DNA from: a virus
Taxonomy: Duplodnaviria; Caudoviricetes
Length of the DNA: 64,000 nucleotides
Reading direction: 5' to 3' (one strand)
IMG/VR virus record: IMGVR_UViG_3300032285_002814
Coordinates: 1,516-65,515 of that record
In this document: positions 17,663 to 27,993 of the stretch, one piece after another
Position numbering within the stretch: position 1 is the stretch's first letter
Layout of the letters: each line of letters starts with the position of its first letter
Notes under the pieces: generated by a model
The model's database searches: none
Told to the model about the DNA's origin: nothing
Seen by the model: only the letters and a program-made list of their open reading frames with translations
Made by a program: the position numbers and the translations under genes

Positions 17663-19208
17663 AGTATTAATAACAACAAGCGGATTAGGTAGTAGATTAG
17701 GAGAGCTAACGAACTACACTAATAAATGTCTCGTAAGAATAGCAGATAAACCCGCTATTTCTTACATTATAGAATCTTATCCAAAAGATACTAAATTCGT
17801 AATTACGCTAGGTCATTATGGAGATCACGTAAAACAATTTCTCGAATTAGCATATCCGGATCTAAATTTTACATTTATAGAAGTAGATAAATACAAAGGT
17901 GAAGGTAGTAGTTTGGGATATTCAATATTACAATGTAAACACGAATTAAATTGTCCATTTATATTTCATGCTTCTGATACTATTATAAAAGATTTAACAA
18001 TACCTGATACTGATAAAAATTGGATATTTGGTTCATATAAAGAAGATTCTTCTCAATATAGAACAGTAAATATGTATAGCGGCAAATTAATTAATATAAA
18101 TGAAAAAGGTGAGATAGGATTCGATTACTCATATGTTGGAATTTCTATCATAAATAATTTTGAATTATTCTTTTACAATTTAGAAAAATTAATATATAGC
18201 GGACATCAAGATACTTCTGACGTACATGTCATAAACAATATGTTATTTGAAGTAGAATTTAATTATAAACACATTTTCCATGAAGATTGGTTTGACGTCG
18301 GAAACACATCTGAATTAATAAAAACCAGAAAGAAATTTAGTTCGAGTATTGACGTATTAGATAAAAAAGACGAATCGATATTTTTCTTTGATACATTCGT
18401 AATTAAATTTTTCTACGATAAAACTATAAATAAAAACAGAGTAAGTAGAGCTGTTAAGTTAAAAGGATTAGTTCCTGAGATAATAAGTCATACAGATAAT
18501 TTCTACAAATATACTAAAGCAGAAGGAAAATTATTCTCAAAATCAGTAAATAGAAATAAATTTATAGAGTTTTTAAATTGGTCTGATGAAAATCTTTGGA
18601 TACATAAAATAGATCCAAATATTGAAAACAAGTGTTACGATTTTTATATAACTAAAACTAAAAAACGAATTAATCAATTTTTGAATGATATTCAAGATAA
18701 AGAAGAGTATATTAATGGAGAATTAGTTCCACCAATAGAAAATCTAATAAATTCAATAGATTCAGATTGGTTGTGTAAAGGAATACCGTCTCAGTTCCAT
18801 GGAGATTTTATTTTAGATAATATAATAGAAACGGAGACTGGATTTACACTTATTGATTGGAGACAAGATTTTGCAAACGATTTAGAAATAGGAGATATGT
18901 ATTATGATTTGGCTAAATTAAATCATAATCTATCTATAAATCACGATATAGTTAATAAAAATTTATTCGATTATTCGAAAGATAATTGTTATATTTTAAT
19001 TAATAGTAAATTAAATGAGTGTAAAGGAGTATTACACTCTTTCATAAAAGAAAATGGATACGACTTAATAAAAGTAAAAATATTAACTTCTATTATATGG
19101 ATTAATATGGCTCCTCTCCACGAGTATCCATTTAATACTTTCTTATTTAATTTCGGTAAATACAATTTATATAAAAATTTAAAACTATGGAACCAAAATA
19201 TTTTATAG
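17649..19208 (+). CDS. nucleotidyltransferase fused to APH/choline-kinase-like phosphotransferase
   Basis: N-terminal SGLGSRL...NKCL and WFDVGN; C-terminal FHGDFILDNII, LIDWR and YYDLAKL. Confidence 0.85.
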   Translation: MVEHKVLITTSGLGSRLGELTNYTNKCLVRIADKPAISYIIESYPKDTKFVITLGHYGDHVKQFLELAYPDLNFTFIEVDKYKGEGSSLGYSILQCKHELNCPFIFHASDTIIKDLTIPDTDKNWIFGSYKEDSSQYRTVNMYSGKLININEKGEIGFDYSYVGISIINNFELFFYNLEKLIYSGHQDTSDVHVINNMLFEVEFNYKHIFHEDWFDVGNTSELIKTRKKFSSSIDVLDKKDESIFFFDTFVIKFFYDKTINKNRVSRAVKLKGLVPEIISHTDNFYKYTKAEGKLFSKSVNRNKFIEFLNWSDENLWIHKIDPNIENKCYDFYITKTKKRINQFLNDIQDKEEYINGELVPPIENLINSIDSDWLCKGIPSQFHGDFILDNIIETETGFTLIDWRQDFANDLEIGDMYYDLAKLNHNLSINHDIVNKNLFDYSKDNCYILINSKLNECKGVLHSFIKENGYDLIKVKILTSIIWINMAPLHEYPFNTFLFNFGKYNLYKNLKLWNQNIL

Positions 19209-20161
19209 GACCGATGTCCAAAAACGTAGTCGATACAATTATTGAATTCTGTAATGAAACAGAAAATAAAATAGGGTTAATTCCTTCTCGTCGTCAAATA
19301 GAGTGGAATGGGGGATATGTAAATAATTGGATCACAAAAGACTTCTCTAATTATATTAATAGGAAAAGCGATAGTATAATTCTGCAAAGAGATCACTCTG
19401 GACCAGGTCAGGGTCAGAAAGATGATAACGGATTTGTGTCATTGGTTAATGACTGTAAGTATCTCGATATAATACATATAGATCCATGGAAAAAATATCC
19501 CGAATACGAAAAAGGATTAGAATGGACTATAGAAATGATGAAAGTTTGTGATGCTGTTAATCCAAATTTGAAATATGAAATAGGGACAGAAGAAGCTATT
19601 AGAAGATTTGAATCTGATGATTTAGATAGATTGGTTTCTGATTTAAAAAATGAGCTTGACGAAAACTTATTTTCAAAAATAAAGTATCTCGTGATACAGT
19701 CTGGAACATCGCTAAAAGGAACAAATCAAACTGGTCATTATGATAGTGATCGCTTATTAAGTATGATTTCTGTTGTTAAAAAACATAATCTTTTATCAAA
19801 AGAACATAATGGAGATTACATACCAGTATCAGTTATTAAAGAAAAGTTTAATTTAGGTTTAGACGCTATTAATATAGCTCCTGAATTTGGACTTATAGAA
19901 ACACAGACATATATCAATGAAATATCGGATTCAGAATTACTTGAAAAGTATTTTCAAATATGTTATGATTCTAAAAAATGGGTAAAATGGGTTAATAAAG
20001 ATTTTGATCCATATAATAATAAAAAAGAACTAATCAAGATATGCGGACATTATGTTTTATCGCATCCTGATTTTATATCAGAAATAAAATGCAAATTTCC
20101 AAATATAGATAAAAAAATTAAAAATAACATTAAAAATAAATTAAATGAATTATATAAATAG
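19187..20161 (+). CDS. GatZ/KbaZ-like TIM-barrel sugar-phosphate epimerase/aldolase-like protein
   Basis: SRRQI, GGY, RDHSGPG, HIDP, YEIGTE, KEHNGDY and NIAPE. Confidence 0.7.
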   Translation: MEPKYFIGPMSKNVVDTIIEFCNETENKIGLIPSRRQIEWNGGYVNNWITKDFSNYINRKSDSIILQRDHSGPGQGQKDDNGFVSLVNDCKYLDIIHIDPWKKYPEYEKGLEWTIEMMKVCDAVNPNLKYEIGTEEAIRRFESDDLDRLVSDLKNELDENLFSKIKYLVIQSGTSLKGTNQTGHYDSDRLLSMISVVKKHNLLSKEHNGDYIPVSVIKEKFNLGLDAINIAPEFGLIETQTYINEISDSELLEKYFQICYDSKKWVKWVNKDFDPYNNKKELIKICGHYVLSHPDFISEIKCKFPNIDKKIKNNIKNKLNELYK

Positions 20162-21278
20162 AAATAAAGATATAGTATTTGGCAATAATGATTTAGAATA
20201 CTTATATACATTTAAACAATTTCCTGTATTTATGGGATGCGTAGAGCAAGATTCTTCTCAGGATATATTATCAGATATGAATTGGAAAATAAGTAAAGGA
20301 TCAGGCATGATCCAATTAAATCCGCTACTTCCTTTAGATGTAGTATACAGCGCAGAACATGGATCTGGAACAACTGGAAAAGCATGGGATGAGCATCACG
20401 CATCGTTTGCTAACTTTATTAATAAATTTAAGCCAAAAAGTATTTTAGAAATTGGAGGGCTACACGGTATACTAGCGGAAAAATATCTACAATTAGATAG
20501 CGGAGTTAAATGGACTATGATTGAACCTAATCCAACAGTAGATCCTAATTTACCTATCAAAGTAATTAAAGGATTCTTTAATGATAAATTTACGTCAGAT
20601 GAAAAATATGAAGCTATAATTCATTCCCACGTTTTAGAACACGTCTATAATCCAGATGAGTTCATAAACCATAAATCATCTTTTATGAATGATGGGGATT
20701 TATTAATATTTACTCTTCCTAATATGCAAGTTATGTTAGAAAGCAATTATACTAATTGTATTAACTTTGAACATACACTATACTTTACTGAGCCATATAT
20801 AGAATATTTTTTGAATAAATATAATTTCGAATTGGTTGAAAAAGAATACTTTAGAAAAGATCATAGTATATTCTATTGCGCAAAGAAAATAAATAATGCG
20901 TCAGCTAATCTACCTAGCGGATTATACGAAAAAAATAAAGCTACATTTGAAAAATATATTAATAGTCATATTGATGATGTGAATAAAATTAATAAGATCA
21001 TATCGAAAACAAATTTACCCGTTTATTTATTTGGTGCTCATGTTTTTTCTCAGTATTTAATTTCATTTGGATTAGATTCATCTAAAATAATATGTTTACT
21101 AGATAATGATACTAAAAAAGAAAATAAAAGATTGTATGGTACTTCTTTAATATCTAAAAGTCCAAAAATATTAAAAAATATTTCCGAAGCAATAGTTGTA
21201 TTAAGAGCGGGAGTTTATAATGACGAAGTAAAAAATGATATAGTAAATAATATTAACTCAAATATAATATTCATCTAA
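20145..21278 (+). CDS. class I SAM-dependent methyltransferase (NDP-sugar methyltransferase-like)
   Basis: ILEIGGLHG, HSHVLEH, FEHTLYF and C-terminal YLFGA...LLDND..K. Confidence 0.82.
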   Translation: MNYINRNKDIVFGNNDLEYLYTFKQFPVFMGCVEQDSSQDILSDMNWKISKGSGMIQLNPLLPLDVVYSAEHGSGTTGKAWDEHHASFANFINKFKPKSILEIGGLHGILAEKYLQLDSGVKWTMIEPNPTVDPNLPIKVIKGFFNDKFTSDEKYEAIIHSHVLEHVYNPDEFINHKSSFMNDGDLLIFTLPNMQVMLESNYTNCINFEHTLYFTEPYIEYFLNKYNFELVEKEYFRKDHSIFYCAKKINNASANLPSGLYEKNKATFEKYINSHIDDVNKINKIISKTNLPVYLFGAHVFSQYLISFGLDSSKIICLLDNDTKKENKRLYGTSLISKSPKILKNISEAIVVLRAGVYNDEVKNDIVNNINSNIIFI

Positions 21279-21637
21279 TGGATCATAGACCTAAAACAAT
21301 TATATGCGATATAGATGGCACATTAGTTATGCATAATAAGCCTAGCGATGTTGCTAAAAAATCATGCAAATTGATATTGCTAGAAGGCACTTTAGATAAA
21401 TTAAATGAATGGGAAAGAAAAGGATATAATATAATTCTGTTAACAGGTAGAAAAGAATCTATGAGACAGGTAACCATAGATCAACTTACTGAATTGGGTA
21501 TATATTATGATCAATTAATAATGGGAGTTGGTGGAGGATCTAGGTATTTGATAAATGATTATAAACCTGATGGTGCCGAATCAGCATTTTCTATTAACGT
21601 AGAAAGGAATAGCGGAATTAAAAATATTAATATATAA
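21278..21637 (+). CDS. HAD-family phosphatase
   Basis: CDIDGTL, LTGR and YLIND motifs. Confidence 0.85.
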   Translation: MDHRPKTIICDIDGTLVMHNKPSDVAKKSCKLILLEGTLDKLNEWERKGYNIILLTGRKESMRQVTIDQLTELGIYYDQLIMGVGGGSRYLINDYKPDGAESAFSINVERNSGIKNINI

Positions 21638-21639
21638 TT

Positions 21640-22806
21640 ATGGTATTGATTTATAATGTATATTTAACTGATACTCCTGGAAATTTTAATTGGTCTCCAG
21701 ATAGAGGAAATCTAAAAAATCATAGTAAACTAGAAGTTGCGAAATATAGTCTATGTAGTCTGGCATCTGCTTATGAATGGACTAAAGCTATAATCAATAT
21801 AGAATTAGATCCGAATATATATACTCAAAAAGAAATAGAAGATCTTCCTAAATTTATTTACGATATTTTCAAAAATGTAAAAGTAATATTTTCGCCTAAT
21901 AGAATTAAATATCAGAGCGACTGGAAAAATATATATAACGAAATTAATAATGATTTAGTATATTTACTATGTAATCATGATCATATATTTTTAGATTCAA
22001 ATAACCAATGTTTAAAAGACATTATTGAAGAAGCTAAAAAAATGATAGATAAAAATCCGACTATTGCAATGAGCCATTGGCCAGAAGCAATAAGATCAGC
22101 AAAATGTGGATATATAGAATTGAATGAGAATTTACCAAGAAAATATAACGAAGAGTATAAGATTAAAAATAAATATGTATCGTACGAATCTAATTGCATA
22201 GATAGTTTGAATATCATAACTAAAAAATTATATTATAATTGGTTTTTCTTAGGCGATTGGCCTAATATACCTCTAGTAAGAACAGACGGAGTCAGCGGAA
22301 GATATCCTGATATTGTTAAAATAAAAGAATCAATTGGTTTAACTATACCTAAACAACTGTTACTTATTCCGTATAAAGAGCAAACAAGACATTTTGATGG
22401 ATATTCTCATCAAAGAATAGATAATAACACATGTCCATCATTAAGTATTCCGTATGGCTTTTTTGAAAGTGATATCAAAATAAGATATGGATATGATGAT
22501 TATAAAGATGGTTGGGTTAATATAAATCCTAAAAATAGTGCATATCGAGCTTATGATATAACTGGAACAGATTATAGAATAACTTTAGACGATATACCTC
22601 TATTTTGGAAAAATAGAATTTCAGAAGTAGATATAAAAGAAGACATTGATGAGGAAGAATTAATCAGATATAGATTACAATCCGTATTAGAAATGATGTA
22701 TTCAGATCCACGATATTCAACTCATATAGATAAAGAAATAGAATTAAATGTGTTAAAAAATCATATAAAAACATATACACAATACGAATTAAATGAAACA
22801 GAATAA
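21640..22806 (+). CDS. hypothetical protein, possible GT-A fold
   Basis: CNHDHIF (DxD-like) and RHFDGY; island context. Confidence 0.5.
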   Translation: MVLIYNVYLTDTPGNFNWSPDRGNLKNHSKLEVAKYSLCSLASAYEWTKAIINIELDPNIYTQKEIEDLPKFIYDIFKNVKVIFSPNRIKYQSDWKNIYNEINNDLVYLLCNHDHIFLDSNNQCLKDIIEEAKKMIDKNPTIAMSHWPEAIRSAKCGYIELNENLPRKYNEEYKIKNKYVSYESNCIDSLNIITKKLYYNWFFLGDWPNIPLVRTDGVSGRYPDIVKIKESIGLTIPKQLLLIPYKEQTRHFDGYSHQRIDNNTCPSLSIPYGFFESDIKIRYGYDDYKDGWVNINPKNSAYRAYDITGTDYRITLDDIPLFWKNRISEVDIKEDIDEEELIRYRLQSVLEMMYSDPRYSTHIDKEIELNVLKNHIKTYTQYELNETE

Positions 22807-24523
22807 ATTTAAAATAATAATAGCTTCATATAATAATGAGCAATGGGTTGAATATAATCTAGCAAGTATATTAAATCAAACATACGATAATTACGAAGTT
22901 ATATATATTGATGATTGTTCCACTGATAACACTTTTCAAAAAGCAAAAGAAATTATTGGAGATAATGAAAAATTCTCAATAATAAAAAATGAAACTAATT
23001 TAGGAGGAACATATAATCACATTAGATTTTTCAATGATATTGAAGACGAGGAAATATTAGTTTTAGTTGATGGAGATGATTGGCTTTTTGATGATAAAGT
23101 TTTAGAGAAATTAAATATTTTTTATGAAGAAAAAAATGTGTGGATGACATATGGAAAATTCTATGCTTGGAATGGAGAAGACGCAACAGAAGCATATCCT
23201 CAAAATACTGCATACGATGATTTTATTCATAAACACAAATATTATAGACGAGATTTATGGAGATCATCTCACTTAAGATCATATAAAGGATTTTTAGTAA
23301 AAGCAATAGATAAACAAGATTTTGTTTCTCAAATAGACGGAAAATTACTTTGGCACGCAGGAGATTTAGCGTTAGCATTTCCTTGTTTAGAAATGTGTCC
23401 TAAAGAAAAAATAGGAGTATTAGACTTCCCTAGTTACGTATACAATGCCAGTAAAATTTCCCAAGAGAGAACTTCTCAAAGAGAAACATCTGATAATTCA
23501 AAATATGAAATTGAAATTAGAAATAAGAAAAGTTATAAAGAGGGATTGACTGGAGAGAAGTTACCACAAATTAATGTATTTTATGATAACTTTGAATTAA
23601 ATAATATTCCTAAAAAATTTACTTTTTGCTATAATCAAGAAGATGGAGAATTTGATCTAGTAATTTTAGGCGACACATATATCGTAGATTATCTAGAAGG
23701 CAGAATAAACATTAAAAAAAATGTTCCAATTATTGCTCGTCCTTTTGAAGATAGAAACTATTGGATAAGTAAATGGGGAGAACCAAAAATATTTAATTTA
23801 CTACTTAAACATTACGATAAATTCGATTTGATTTTAACATTAGACAAAATTCTTTTGGATAAACTGCCTAATACAGAATATTGGCCGGCTAATTATGTTA
23901 GTCAATTCAACATACTTCCTAATAATCAAAATATTGAACCTAAAAAATCTATTCATTGGGACTCTTATGAAATACCTGAAGATGAAACTTATAAAATACA
24001 TCATAAGACTAAGTTAGTTTCATGCGTGTCATCTAATAAATCATTTTTGCCAGGACATCGTACTAGACTTAAATTTCTCGAAGAAATTAAAAAAAATCCT
24101 AAAATAGACATATATGGAAGAGGAATTAACCCAATAGATAGCAAGTTTGATGCATTAAAAGATTATGCATTTTCTATAGCAATTGAAATGATAAAGCCGG
24201 GCGATATATACCATCCTGAAAAACAAATTTGGGTAGATGATGAATACTATTGGTCGGAAAAAATAAATGATTGCTTTCTTACAGGCACTGTTCCAATATA
24301 TTATGGATGCCCAATTATTGGAAATTTTTTTAATTTAGATGGTATATTAGTTTTTAACACCGCTGAAGAGCTTCAATCTATATTAGATAATTTAAGTATG
24401 GAGCAATACATTGGTATGATGCCAGCAATTGAAGATAATTTGAATCGCGCTAAAAAATATCCATTAAATAGCGATGATGTATACACTGAATTTTTTGAAA
24501 AATTAATAAATAAAAAAAAATAA
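22793..24523 (+). CDS. GT2 plus GT10 (fucosyltransferase-like) fusion
   Basis: N-terminal ASYN, IDDCSTD, VDGDD; C-terminal YAFSIAIE...WSEKINDCFLTGTVPIYYG. Confidence 0.85.
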   Translation: MKQNKFKIIIASYNNEQWVEYNLASILNQTYDNYEVIYIDDCSTDNTFQKAKEIIGDNEKFSIIKNETNLGGTYNHIRFFNDIEDEEILVLVDGDDWLFDDKVLEKLNIFYEEKNVWMTYGKFYAWNGEDATEAYPQNTAYDDFIHKHKYYRRDLWRSSHLRSYKGFLVKAIDKQDFVSQIDGKLLWHAGDLALAFPCLEMCPKEKIGVLDFPSYVYNASKISQERTSQRETSDNSKYEIEIRNKKSYKEGLTGEKLPQINVFYDNFELNNIPKKFTFCYNQEDGEFDLVILGDTYIVDYLEGRINIKKNVPIIARPFEDRNYWISKWGEPKIFNLLLKHYDKFDLILTLDKILLDKLPNTEYWPANYVSQFNILPNNQNIEPKKSIHWDSYEIPEDETYKIHHKTKLVSCVSSNKSFLPGHRTRLKFLEEIKKNPKIDIYGRGINPIDSKFDALKDYAFSIAIEMIKPGDIYHPEKQIWVDDEYYWSEKINDCFLTGTVPIYYGCPIIGNFFNLDGILVFNTAEELQSILDNLSMEQYIGMMPAIEDNLNRAKKYPLNSDDVYTEFFEKLINKKK

Positions 24524-24539
24524 TATTAAAATAATATAC

Positions 24540-25496
24540 ATGAAAAAAGTAGTATATGTAACAGGATGCTTAGGTTTTATAGGATCATATGTTACAAGAA
24601 AGTGTTTAGAAAAAGGTTGGTACGTTAAAGGAGTAGATAAAATAACTTACGCTGCTAATAAAGATTTATTACATGAGTTTAAAAAATACGATAACTTTTC
24701 ATTCGTACATTGCGATATAAATGATTTAAAATTTCTTTATGATTGTGATTATATAATAAATACAGCAGCAGAAACTCACGTAGGAAACAGTATAGCTAGT
24801 AGTTTTGAATTCGTAAAATCTAATATAGATGGAGTTCATAATATTTTAGAATTGATAAAAAATCATAGAGGAGAAAATTCTAATAAGCCTATATTAATAC
24901 ATTTTAGTACTGACGAAGTATATGGAGATATAGAATCTGGAGCTCATACGGAATCTGACTTATTAAAGCCAAGTAATCCATATTCAGCAACAAAAGCTGC
25001 TGCAGATATGCTCATAATGGCTTGGGGAAGAACACATAGAGTTCCATATATGATCGTTAGACCGACTAACAATTATGGCATAGGTCAATATATAGAGAAA
25101 CTAATTCCAAAAGCCGTTAAATGCTTAAACTTAAGTCGTAAAATACCCCTGCACAATAATGGAGAGCCATATAGAAATTGGTTGCATGCCGATGATACTG
25201 CTAGTGCGATAATAACTCTAATAGAAAATGGTAATATAGGAGAAATTTATAATATAGCAGGTGGATTCGAGCAAAAGAATATTGATACAGTTAAACAAAT
25301 CATAACGTCATACAAAAATATTTATCCGGAATCGTATATAGATCATATAGATTTTTCATGTGATCGACCAGGACAAGATGTTAGATACGCACTTGATGAT
25401 TCTAAATTAAGATCTTTAGGATGGTCACCTAAAACTAATTTTTCAAAAGAAATAGAAAATATAGTAAATTACTATAAGAATAAATTTATTTGGTAA
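24540..25496 (+). CDS. rmlB: dTDP-glucose 4,6-dehydratase-like
   Basis: GCLGFIG, DKITYA, AAETHV, STDEVYG, PYSATKA and DRPGQDVRY. Confidence 0.88.
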   Translation: MKKVVYVTGCLGFIGSYVTRKCLEKGWYVKGVDKITYAANKDLLHEFKKYDNFSFVHCDINDLKFLYDCDYIINTAAETHVGNSIASSFEFVKSNIDGVHNILELIKNHRGENSNKPILIHFSTDEVYGDIESGAHTESDLLKPSNPYSATKAAADMLIMAWGRTHRVPYMIVRPTNNYGIGQYIEKLIPKAVKCLNLSRKIPLHNNGEPYRNWLHADDTASAIITLIENGNIGEIYNIAGGFEQKNIDTVKQIITSYKNIYPESYIDHIDFSCDRPGQDVRYALDDSKLRSLGWSPKTNFSKEIENIVNYYKNKFIW

Positions 25497-25517
25497 AAAT
25501 AAAAACAATAAAAAAAT

Positions 25518-26318
25518 ATGAATACACGAGAATTTAAATGCGTTAAAGCGCTTACAGAATTAGTAGAAAATCATGGTTTAGTTAGCGTTAAAACTTCCTT
25601 CGAAGACGAAGGCGCAATGTTCAATGAAACAGTTCGATTAAAAGAAGTTTGTAATCAAGCTAAGACTAAGATCGTATTAAAAATTGGCGGTCCTGAAGCT
25701 ATAAGAGATATTAAAGAATCTAGTATTATTGGAGTAAAAGGACTAGTTGCTCCTATGGTAGAATCAGCTTTTGGTTTGAAAAAATTTATACAAGCGATAA
25801 ATACGAATCTAACATCAGACGTGATAACCACTCTTCAATTAAGTGTGAATTTAGAAACAATCAATGCTGTAAAAGATGTTAATACAATTTTAGAATCAGA
25901 AGAAGTTTCTCAAATGTATGGTGTTACAGTTGGTAGAGTTGACTTAGTTTCGTCTATGGGAAAAGATAGAGCATATGTAAATAGTGATGAAATATATAAA
26001 TTAACAAGAAGCGTATTTGCTAAAGCCAAGGAAAAAGGATTAAAAGCTTGTTTAGGCGGCGCAATATCAATAGAGTCTTTAGATTTCTTAAAGAAATTAA
26101 ATTCTGAAGGTCTATTAGATAAGTTTGAAACTAGATATGCAATGTTTGATCCATCTATCGCTCTTAAAAATTTATCTGCCGCTTTAAGTAAAGCTCAATT
26201 ATTTGAATATGAATGGCTAAAAACAAAACAGGAATATTATCAGGCTTTCGTAAATCAAGATGCGAAAAGAATTCAAATGATTCAAGATAGACTAAATCAA
26301 TCAATATCGGTAAAATGA
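25518..26318 (+). CDS. HpcH/HpaI aldolase / citrate lyase family protein
   Basis: KIGGPEA, APMVES, NLET and VGRVDL. Confidence 0.8.
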   Translation: MNTREFKCVKALTELVENHGLVSVKTSFEDEGAMFNETVRLKEVCNQAKTKIVLKIGGPEAIRDIKESSIIGVKGLVAPMVESAFGLKKFIQAINTNLTSDVITTLQLSVNLETINAVKDVNTILESEEVSQMYGVTVGRVDLVSSMGKDRAYVNSDEIYKLTRSVFAKAKEKGLKACLGGAISIESLDFLKKLNSEGLLDKFETRYAMFDPSIALKNLSAALSKAQLFEYEWLKTKQEYYQAFVNQDAKRIQMIQDRLNQSISVK

Positions 26319-26953
26319 TAAAAGCGTTAGTAACAGGAGGTACAGGAGGAATAGGTAAAGCTATAATTTCAACTTTAAGATTAGAGGGAATATATGTATG
26401 GGCTCCAACAAGGGAAGAATTGGATCTATCAAACTCTGATATTAGTTTAACGCATAGAGAGTTTGAGATAATTATAAATTGCGCAGGAATAAATCCAATA
26501 AAAGAATTCCTTGAATCTTCGCACGAAGAAGTAATGAGAGTAAATTATTTTTCTCCTCTCAAAATAATTCAACAGTGTTTACCTTATATGATAGAGAAAA
26601 ATCTTGGAAGAATAGTCAATATTGGTAGCATATTAGGCGGTGTATCAAAACCAGAAAGATCGGCGTATAGCTCTAGTAAAAGCGCTTTAGATATGCTATC
26701 TAAATCAATAACATCAGAATATTCTAAATATAATATACTATGCAATACAATATCTCCAGGATACATAAAAACAGATCTAACGTATAAAAATAATACAAAT
26801 GAACAGATAGAAAAAATTATTAAAGAAGTTCCACAAAATAGACTAGGATCAGTAGAAGAAATAGCTGAATTAACAAAATACTTAGTTCTACGTAACACAT
26901 ATATAACTGGTCAAAATATAATAATAGACGGAGGATATACATGCACAATATAA
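26315..26953 (+). CDS. short-chain dehydrogenase/reductase
   Basis: TGGTGGIG, NCAGI, YSSSK, SPGYIKT and ITGQNIIIDGG. Confidence 0.92.
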   Translation: MIKALVTGGTGGIGKAIISTLRLEGIYVWAPTREELDLSNSDISLTHREFEIIINCAGINPIKEFLESSHEEVMRVNYFSPLKIIQQCLPYMIEKNLGRIVNIGSILGGVSKPERSAYSSSKSALDMLSKSITSEYSKYNILCNTISPGYIKTDLTYKNNTNEQIEKIIKEVPQNRLGSVEEIAELTKYLVLRNTYITGQNIIIDGGYTCTI

Positions 26954-27993
26954 AAATAAAATCTCGTTTTGGACAATATGATGTTTCATTCGTAGAAACA
27001 ATAGAACAGATATCAAATAAGATTTGTGAAGATGATGTTGTTATTATAGACAGCAATGTATATAATCTTTACAAAGAATTTCATCTAAGTAAAAATTTAA
27101 TTATAAAACTCAATTGTTTAGAATCTAACAAAACTTTAGAAGGGGCTATAGAGATATTTCAAAAGTTAATACAAAATAAAATAAAATCAAATGCGAATAT
27201 TTTTGCTATAGGTGGTGGCATACTTCAAGATGTTGTGGGTTTTGTTTGTTCTATTTATTGTAGAGGCGTGAAATATACTTTAATTCCTACCACTCTGCTT
27301 TCTCAATGCGATAGTTGTATAGGTGGAAAGACTTCTATAAATTTTGAATCAGTTAAAAATATACTCGGATCTTTCTACCCTCCAGAAAAAATATATGTAT
27401 GTACTGAATTTACAAAAACTCTCACTAGAAAAGATTTATTATCTGGATTCGGAGAAATCATTAAATTTAATATATTGAAAAATTCTATCGAAGATTTTAA
27501 TAAATTATTTAGTGAAAATGATATCACTCAATTAGTATATGAGTCTTTAAAATATAAAACTGATATCATTGAGATTGATGAATTCGATAAAAAAGAAAGA
27601 AAGTTTTTAAACTTCGGGCATACTTTTGGACACGCTTTAGAATCGACATCAAATTATGAAATTCCACATGGAACATCTGTGTTATTCGGGATATTGATCG
27701 CTAATAGAGTTTCTAAACACATGAATTATATAAATCAATCAAAGGAATTCGAATTGTTTTCTTTAATATATGATTTCATCTGTCATCAAAAATTGAGTGA
27801 AGATTGGTTTAGTTTTGATAATCTTTTGGAAGTTATAAAATTAGATAAAAAAAACACAGGTTTTATTAATATGGTTTTATTAAAAAATAATGAAATCACA
27901 ATTGAAAAAATAGAAGATTTAAATATTTTAAAAAATTCAGTAAAAGAAGTTTATGAGAGTTTCGGATTACGTTCTACAATATCTAAAAGATAA
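26941..27993 (+). CDS. 3-dehydroquinate synthase-like sugar-phosphate cyclase
   Basis: IGGGILQD, PTTLLSQCDSCIGGKT, KNILG, LNFGHTFGHALE and PHG. Confidence 0.88.
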   Translation: MHNIKIKSRFGQYDVSFVETIEQISNKICEDDVVIIDSNVYNLYKEFHLSKNLIIKLNCLESNKTLEGAIEIFQKLIQNKIKSNANIFAIGGGILQDVVGFVCSIYCRGVKYTLIPTTLLSQCDSCIGGKTSINFESVKNILGSFYPPEKIYVCTEFTKTLTRKDLLSGFGEIIKFNILKNSIEDFNKLFSENDITQLVYESLKYKTDIIEIDEFDKKERKFLNFGHTFGHALESTSNYEIPHGTSVLFGILIANRVSKHMNYINQSKEFELFSLIYDFICHQKLSEDWFSFDNLLEVIKLDKKNTGFINMVLLKNNEITIEKIEDLNILKNSVKEVYESFGLRSTISKR

